Assembly: GCA_020632095.1 (NCBI GenBank)
Contig: JACKGF010000001.1
Span: 262,549-326,548 of the forward strand
Source of the DNA: Candidatus Nomurabacteria bacterium
GTDB lineage: Bacteria; Patescibacteriota; Minisyncoccia; Phycocordibacterales; UBA918
DNA length: 64,000 bases
Direction of reading: 5' to 3'
A program made the position numbers and the translations under genes. Below, one piece after another: positions 58,055 through 64,000 of the stretch; positions within the stretch are counted from its first letter, which is position 1; every line of letters starts with the position of its first letter. The notes under the pieces were generated by a model. The model did no database searches. It was given only the letters and a program-made list of their open reading frames with translations, and was not told the origin of the DNA.

Positions 58055-58603
58055 CTACTCCCCTGTCGTGTCGCGTAGCTTCCCTACTTCCAAAATTTTT
58101 CTTTTTTCTTCAGCGTTTTCTTCACCAGCTACCGAAGCAGGGTCTGCTGGATCTAGCTCATTGTGTCCTAGTTTATCTAAATGAGACAGTACTTCCTCAA
58201 TGGTGCTATCTACAAAATTTCCGTAGGCCACAACAACAACAGGAATATGATTTGGGTTTTCTAATTTCTCCACTAACTTTCCTTTAAGATATTCTGGCTC
58301 AAAAATGTAAATTTTTTCTGGCTGTAGTTCTTTTACTGTTTCAGACAACTCCACCGAAATTGCCTTAAAGTATCTTAGTAGATTTTGCTCGGTAAGTTCT
58401 TCATGTGGCGAGCCAGAACCATACCGTATACCATTACCACTTCTAACAAAAAACCCTTCGTTGTCGCTGTAGGTAGCAGGATGCTCTTCCACCTCATCTA
58501 AATATGTAAGCTTTCCTTCTTTAAGGCTATACAACTTACCGTGTTCTTTAGCTGAAATCACCACTAGTCCATTTAGTTTGTTTCTATTTTTAATTGTATT
58601 CAT
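58055..58603 (-). CDS. hypothetical protein (acidic C-terminus)
   Basis: 182-aa ORF; no confident family. Confidence 0.35.
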   Translation of the reverse strand: MNTIKNRNKLNGLVVISAKEHGKLYSLKEGKLTYLDEVEEHPATYSDNEGFFVRSGNGIRYGSGSPHEELTEQNLLRYFKAISVELSETVKELQPEKIYIFEPEYLKGKLVEKLENPNHIPVVVVAYGNFVDSTIEEVLSHLDKLGHNELDPADPASVAGEENAEEKRKILEVGKLRDTTGE

Positions 58604-58779
58604 ACAACTACTACAACAAATCTTAGCTGATGTCGCTCACTTATATTTTTCAAACTGATTAAAGGGCCATTTATACAAACCCGAAGCATCTTGAGCTCGT
58701 GACATATCTTCCGATCAGATACAAAGGGTCAGGAGCATTTTTTCTAGGGAAAGGGTCGAAATAAAAAGTATTTTTTGAC

Positions 58780-59478
58780 CTACCCTCCCCTCTCCACTAG
58801 CTTCTTCAACGCCTCTTCTGTTGCTGGTAAAATGTATTTTTCTACCACTTGGCTGTAGCCAATCTGGTTGTAGTGGACACCATCAGGGAGTTTGTTTTCT
58901 GGATTTAGAAATAAATCTTTTGTAATAAATGGAACTAACAACAAATTTTTCTCAGTAGCCACCTCTGCGTAAATAGCATCAAAATCTTGCTTATAAGATA
59001 CTCCGGCATTGAGCGGTGCCTGCATCTCCAAGAGAATAATTGTTGGTGGAAATTCTGACCCTTCTAAGACCGATACTGTCTCTAAAATATTTTTCTTTGT
59101 TTCAGCAATAGGCAATGTCCGCAAGGCATCGTTTCCCCCGATACCCAACAGCACTATGTCTGGATTTTGAGCAGCAATAAATGAGGCTCGCTCCAGATTA
59201 CCGCGCGTTGTCTCACCACTGACCCCGGCGTTTATAACCGACACCGAATAACCTTTTCCTTTTAGAGCTGCCTCTAACTGGGCTGGATAGGCTTCATTTC
59301 GGGAAAGTCCATAACCGGCAGTCAGACTATCACCAAACGCAATAATTTTAATTAATGAATCGCTCTCTTCCTTAGGCTCTACACTAGACGATACCTCATC
59401 ATAGGAATCACCAGCCCAAAACCACCAGCCGAGGCCAGCACACACGATAATTCCAATAATTAAAATCCATTTATTCAT
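58780..59478 (-). CDS. SGNH/GDSL hydrolase (TesA-like arylesterase/lysophospholipase)
   Basis: Signal/transmembrane segment plus FGDSLTAGYG block I and GGNDAL block III. Confidence 0.75.
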   Translation of the reverse strand: MNKWILIIGIIVCAGLGWWFWAGDSYDEVSSSVEPKEESDSLIKIIAFGDSLTAGYGLSRNEAYPAQLEAALKGKGYSVSVINAGVSGETTRGNLERASFIAAQNPDIVLLGIGGNDALRTLPIAETKKNILETVSVLEGSEFPPTIILLEMQAPLNAGVSYKQDFDAIYAEVATEKNLLLVPFITKDLFLNPENKLPDGVHYNQIGYSQVVEKYILPATEEALKKLVERGG

Positions 59479-61951
59479 AAGACAATAATTCCCGTAGTGG
59501 CATTGTGTCAGTTTTATATAAGTATAACGCGATAGCTAGTATAAAGACTATAATTAATCCTAATCCCGTGATGAGTTCTAGGTCAAACATAACCCCCGCA
59601 TCAAGCTTCAAGAACTGCACACTAACAAAAATTGTAACAGCCATACCCACCACATAAGCTAACACTGTAGCGACGATGGTAAGAGAAAGTGTTTCAATCA
59701 CATACAACCAAAAACCTCTTTGTTTGGTCATACCTAATGCTCTAAGTCGTGCCCCTTCGCGTCGACGACTAGCGTAAGAAGAAACGACCAACATGGCAAT
59801 CAGCAAGGTCGCAATTAGTAGTGGTGGAATGGTTACCACTAAAACTAAGACGAGCAATGTACTGATAATTTGAAGCAAAAGTGGGCCTAGCGTCTGTGTA
59901 TCAATCATCGAAACATTCGGCATATTGTCGGCTAAGAACTGACCAAGCTCTGACTGTTGTGCTGGCTCATAATATGAATAGCCAAAATAAACTTTCGGAA
60001 ACTTTCCTATATCTTCTGGCGATAAAATAAAGTAGAAAAACGGCAGACCAGAGCGCGAGTCTGTACTGCGCAAACTCGTGACTGTTCCTGAAACATCAAA
60101 TCCTTGTATAGAAAAAGTTAATGTCGAACCAAGTGAGATATTTGCTTGTTTTGCGAAACTCTCATCGACTGAAATCTCGCCGGGACGACCATCTGACCAC
60201 ACACCGGCCGTGACCGACTCACTAGCCAAGAGCTCATTGCGCGCAGTGAGATTAAACTCCCTACCCAATTCTCCCGATACATCAGTATTACCCCTACTCA
60301 ATTCATCCTGAATCAACAGTCCATCAATCTCAATGATTCTGGCTCTGACATTTGAAAATAATTCTAAATCAGGAAAATTTTGTAACAAGATATCTTTTTG
60401 TGACGGCTGCACATCTAGGACATAGGTTGATGGTACGGTACCACCAAGATCATTAACCAAAAATCTCTCTAACGAAACTTGAACTAGAATCAAAGTACAA
60501 AGCGAAGCCAGCGCTATAAACAATGATGTGAAGGATACAATTCCAAACAATCCATCTGCATACTTCTGACTAATAATACTGCGTATAAAAAATGAAAAAT
60601 GTTTTCGTGCTTTATATAAAAGACGAATCAAAAACGAATACGAGACAGCCACCATCACATACACAGCAGCGATTACTCCTATCACCAACAGACCCTTCAC
60701 CAAGCTGTCTAATAAAAATGAAGCTAGAAATACCAGGGGTACCAAGGTAGATACGGTAATTAGTGATAGTGACTTGAATGATTTTGTTCCAGAAGCTGTC
60801 ACTGTCTCACCAATCAGTATTTGTCGGGGATTTAATTCCAGACTTTTGCGGACTGCTGGCAGGAACGACATGAAAGCAATCATAAAGACCAATCCGCTAC
60901 TAATAAGCACACTCACTAATGCACCAGAGCTTGGTAGTAAAATGAAGTAATTACTAGCTATGTATTGTTGCACTACACTAAAAATTGTAGTGCCGACACT
61001 TATTCCGATAATGTTAGCCAACAAAACAACTAGTCCTAAAGCCACTCCTAACACGTAGACTAATTTTATTTTTGATAATCCCAGCGCCAACAATACAGCC
61101 AAACTTCTTCTCTCAATTGTCACCAAATAGAGAATACTAGCGTACACATTTACCGCCGCCAAAACTGCAGTGATCAATACTGCCAACACCAAAAAATCTG
61201 ACACTGTTGCTAAACCAAACTGCAAACCACGTTGATCTTGTCCTGCTATATCTATATCTAGCTGTTTATTACTTTCCTGTAATGACCGAAGAGACTCTAC
61301 TTGCAGATTGCTTAAGTCAGGCGCTTTAACAGCGTATGTGTACTCAGCTCGTAAAAGCTGCGGATCAATACCAGACGCTAAGAAACTTTCTGGACTGATA
61401 AATGCCGTCGGAAAAAATTTAAAACCTCCAAAAAGAGCTGTTGGCTCTGCCTTGACCATGTCCACCACAGTTAGTGATGAACTTCCAAATGACACCGTGT
61501 CACCGATTTGTGCATCAAGTCTTCTTAATCCAGCTGCATCGAGTAATATCTCACCCTGACTGAGACCTGAGTAGGGTCGCTCTTGTAAGACAAACTCACC
61601 GTATAGTGGATACGAATTATCAATCACATTGACTGTAAACGGCGCTGTCTTGCTACTGCTTTGGAGTGTACCCGAGAATGAAAGTTGCTCAGAAACAGCC
61701 TCTGGCTTTATACCAACTTCACTAATAATTTCTTCACCCTCGATAGGAAAGGCGCTCCCTAGCACAACATCACCCCCTTGCAGTTCACGAGCTTGGTCAG
61801 CCAATAGCGCAGTACTCGAAGCAGTCAATAGTAATACTAAAACTAACACCACGCTGGTGATAGTGAGCGACGCCAGTGGTAAAACAAAACGCCTCCATTC
61901 ACGCCTAACAATTCTTAAACTGTATATTAAAATGAGTCTAAGTGCGCTCAT
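59471..61951 (-). CDS. ABC transporter permease, FtsX/MacB-like (YbbP-type, two FtsX domains)
   Basis: 826 aa, with large extracytoplasmic loops between FtsX-type 4-TM bundles. Overlaps the ATPase gene upstream and the tesA-like gene downstream. Confidence 0.7.
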   Translation of the reverse strand: MSALRLILIYSLRIVRREWRRFVLPLASLTITSVVLVLVLLLTASSTALLADQARELQGGDVVLGSAFPIEGEEIISEVGIKPEAVSEQLSFSGTLQSSSKTAPFTVNVIDNSYPLYGEFVLQERPYSGLSQGEILLDAAGLRRLDAQIGDTVSFGSSSLTVVDMVKAEPTALFGGFKFFPTAFISPESFLASGIDPQLLRAEYTYAVKAPDLSNLQVESLRSLQESNKQLDIDIAGQDQRGLQFGLATVSDFLVLAVLITAVLAAVNVYASILYLVTIERRSLAVLLALGLSKIKLVYVLGVALGLVVLLANIIGISVGTTIFSVVQQYIASNYFILLPSSGALVSVLISSGLVFMIAFMSFLPAVRKSLELNPRQILIGETVTASGTKSFKSLSLITVSTLVPLVFLASFLLDSLVKGLLVIGVIAAVYVMVAVSYSFLIRLLYKARKHFSFFIRSIISQKYADGLFGIVSFTSLFIALASLCTLILVQVSLERFLVNDLGGTVPSTYVLDVQPSQKDILLQNFPDLELFSNVRARIIEIDGLLIQDELSRGNTDVSGELGREFNLTARNELLASESVTAGVWSDGRPGEISVDESFAKQANISLGSTLTFSIQGFDVSGTVTSLRSTDSRSGLPFFYFILSPEDIGKFPKVYFGYSYYEPAQQSELGQFLADNMPNVSMIDTQTLGPLLLQIISTLLVLVLVVTIPPLLIATLLIAMLVVSSYASRRREGARLRALGMTKQRGFWLYVIETLSLTIVATVLAYVVGMAVTIFVSVQFLKLDAGVMFDLELITGLGLIIVFILAIALYLYKTDTMPLRELLSYE

Positions 61952-62612
61952 GAAGTGTCTTATCTTTTAATTCAAAAACCCTGTCCATAAGGCCAGCAAT
62001 AGATTCATCGTGTGTGATTATCAAGAGAGTTGAACCAACCTCATCGACAGCATCAATGAGCATTGAGAGCACTTTTTCTCCAGTTGTTCTATCAAGACTG
62101 CCAGTTGGTTCGTCAGCCAAAATCAGGGCTGGCTTATTCATCAGCGCCCGCCCTATCGCTACCCGCTGCTTTTCTCCGCCCGAGAGCGTTTGCGGCCTAG
62201 CGTTACGACGCTCAGAAAGACCAAGCTTACCTATCAATTGCATCAGCTCTTCCTCAGGCACTTTCTCTGTACTAATCTCAATAGGGGCAGCAATATTTTC
62301 CTCGACGGTAAACGGAGCAATGAGTTCAAATGACTGAAAAATAAAGCCAATCTGACTATTACGAAAAGCCGCTTGTTCTGTCTGACTGAGTGAGTCAGTA
62401 CGAACACCGTCAATTGAAATTGATCCCTTGGTAGGCTCATCGAGCAACCCAATCAAAGACAATAGTGTTGACTTACCTGACCCAGAGGGCCCGATAATAG
62501 CCACTTTTTCGCCTTTGTTAACCGTACAAGAAACTGCCTCCAAAATAGCCAAAGACCCTTGCTGAGTAGCAAAATTTTTCCCAACCTCGGCAAGCTCTAA
62601 AATTGGCTTCAT
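61938..62612 (-). CDS. ABC transporter ATP-binding protein (LolD/MacB-type, YbbA-like)
   Basis: Walker A GPSGSGKST, signature LSGGEKQR, Walker B LILADEPT. Confidence 0.85.
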   Translation of the reverse strand: MKPILELAEVGKNFATQQGSLAILEAVSCTVNKGEKVAIIGPSGSGKSTLLSLIGLLDEPTKGSISIDGVRTDSLSQTEQAAFRNSQIGFIFQSFELIAPFTVEENIAAPIEISTEKVPEEELMQLIGKLGLSERRNARPQTLSGGEKQRVAIGRALMNKPALILADEPTGSLDRTTGEKVLSMLIDAVDEVGSTLLIITHDESIAGLMDRVFELKDKTLHERT

Positions 62613-62968
62613 GTTATACCTAATGATACTACAACCCCGCCAAAATATTTCAAATTCTGTATATCGAAGTAAACAGAATATCTAAATTAAAGCCCTAACG
62701 GCAATAAACATAATTTAGCAACATTTTAACCATCTTCACTTTTTCATACACACTGATTAAAAAATGCTCGCTCAGGTATAACACTTGTACAAGTAATACT
62801 CCTTCATCTCTTTTACAACAAATGGATTGGTGCCGGAATTCTAATTTTAGTAGAATTTTGAGCACAACTCATTCTAAACTGAATCCATAACATATTGACA
62901 AAATACATTTTCAGTGTATTGTTTTACTAGATTAGACTGCCAAATTAACCCTCTACAGGAGTATCTGT

Positions 62969-63244
62969 ATGTCTAAAAAACAGGTGGTTCGCAACTGGTC
63001 CGACATGATCAATGAAAAGGGTGTCCGCGAACGCATAGCAAGTGAAAGTCCCGATGCACTGCGCATTCTTGACTATCTCCAGAGCAAGGTGAGACCTTAC
63101 AAGGAAATTGGCTGGACCTCGTTTAATGACTGGCTGGACAAGTGTTACTTTAGTAAAAAAAGATTCATGGATAATCGTCCGGAAAACATCAAGTACGTGT
63201 CGCTAGATGATATGCGTGATATCGTGTTCCCGGCCTGCCGTTAG
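62969..63244 (+). CDS. hypothetical small protein with own RBS (AGGAG) and terminator hairpin (63251..63282)
   Basis: 91-aa ORF at about 50% GC, between core transporters. Confidence 0.4.
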   Translation: MSKKQVVRNWSDMINEKGVRERIASESPDALRILDYLQSKVRPYKEIGWTSFNDWLDKCYFSKKRFMDNRPENIKYVSLDDMRDIVFPACR

Positions 63245-63394
63245 TCCCGAAAGCCGCAATGTCAAACTGACACTGCGGCTTTCCTAATTTTTTCTGTATT
63301 ATTTTACATACTCACACAATGATCAGACACTACCTAAACATCAGTCATCGGACTATGATCTAAAACTCCAATAAACATTAAATTAATAATTGAT

Positions 63395-64000
63395 TTACTC
63401 AACCACATCAAACTTTTCTTTCCTAGCACTTCGGTATTTGATAGCCACAAAATATGAGACAATCATTAGGACAATAAATATCATCCACACAATCTGTGGG
63501 CTAATTATCAACAGAAATGTTCCCGCCATTAACATGGCTACTGCACCAAAACCTCTATCTAATACACTATCAACACCAAGTACTTCCCCACGGTAGCGAT
63601 TCTCTACATGATCAATCAACAATACACCTTGAGCAGAACCATAAAAGGCTTCACCAATAGTGAAAAAGAATGCGCCAGCGATAAATGTATATACTCCAGG
63701 TGCAAATCCCATCAGAATACCCCCAACTATTAAACTTACGAATGCAATATTAATCCCTGTATATACCCCGAAATTATCAACCACACGACCACTGAAGAAA
63801 AAAACCAGGAATGCAACAACACCAGTCATGGCAAATATTAAACCCATAACCTCCGAACTTGTGGTAAAAGAAAATATAATTAACGGCCAAAGCAACAGCT
63901 TAATACTATAAGCGACAGCAAATGAACTATTTAATATAAAGTAATATTTTAATGCAACCCGACTAAAAATATAGCGTATCCCAAAAAAGATATCGTGTGG
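63395..64000 (-). CDS. MFS-type transporter, C-terminal part (gene continues beyond window end)
   Basis: Hydrophobic TM helices. The minus-strand frame stays open upstream of the listed start, to position 64000. Confidence 0.5.
   Translation of the reverse strand, partial: PHDIFFGIRYIFSRVALKYYFILNSSFAVAYSIKLLLWPLIIFSFTTSSEVMGLIFAMTGVVAFLVFFFSGRVVDNFGVYTGINIAFVSLIVGGILMGFAPGVYTFIAGAFFFTIGEAFYGSAQGVLLIDHVENRYRGEVLGVDSVLDRGFGAVAMLMAGTFLLIISPQIVWMIFIVLMIVSYFVAIKYRSARKEKFDVVE

Noticed and set aside
58055-58603. Weak impression that the 182-aa protein might be an eRF1/Pelota-like (baeRF/host-attachment-type) domain protein.
   Set aside because: This is based only on vague pattern memory, with no diagnostic motif such as GGQ. 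Left as hypothetical.
1-64000. CRISPR arrays, rRNA genes, alternative genetic code (UGA as sense).
   Set aside because: No regularly spaced direct repeats with unique spacers were found, and no rRNA-like conserved stretches. Long ORFs terminate normally with TGA/TAA/TAG. The single in-frame TAG (truB) is isolated.

Overview
This is a 64-kb chromosomal window from a gene-dense, low-GC (about 40%) bacterial genome. Most genes lie on the minus strand and many are followed by strong stem-loop terminators. The standard genetic code applies, because all long ORFs terminate at TAA/TAG/TGA. The organism cannot be named from sequence alone. The compact architecture is compatible with a reduced-genome Gram-positive-type or CPR/Saccharibacteria-like lineage, but this is inference.

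Core content:
- Oxidative pentose-phosphate genes zwf (5' partial), gnd (short form), pgl.
- murI, an SPFH protein, a ROK kinase next to pgi, and a LOG-family protein.
- Ribosomal L27, L9 and L21; L21 and L27 are unlinked.
- A Ctp S41 protease, cysS, dnaB, recR, rmuC, a YqeY-like protein.
- An extracytoplasmic methionine-sulfoxide repair pair: a Grx-CcdA-like membrane thiol-disulfide protein plus a MsrA-MsrB fusion.
- A PIF1/RecD-like helicase followed by a DUF45 (YgjP-like) zinc protease.
- Two FAD oxidoreductases, two CaCA antiporters, Hsp20, an ECF sigma factor plus an M3-like peptidase, a MATE transporter, a 2-hydroxyacid dehydrogenase, a SAM methyltransferase, a GATase1 protein.
- A copA copper-efflux operon with HMA-membrane and cupredoxin-like partners.
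- A tesA-ybbA-ybbP-like cluster and a partial MFS transporter at the window end.

Accessory and mobile content:
- Three tnpA-only IS200/IS605-type elements. Two are identical ~597-bp copies whose ends overlap host gene ends. The third is divergent, with a solo copy of its terminal hairpin elsewhere.
- A truB gene interrupted by an in-frame amber codon.
- A ~1.3-kb gene with about 60% GC (clearly foreign composition) between rmuC and rplU.
- A tRNA-Glu-associated island at about 51.1-58.7 kb. It carries triplicated tRNA 3'-end segments, one degenerate and one intact IS30 element, a RelE/AbrB toxin-antitoxin pair, and a GHKL-ATPase + STAS-like two-gene module preceded by a duplicated 34-bp palindromic operator. 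It also holds several orphan small or membrane proteins, each with its own promoter and terminator.
- Several families of intergenic palindromic repeats; one composite motif recurs at 13.6 kb and 54.8 kb.

No CRISPR array and no rRNA gene were found.
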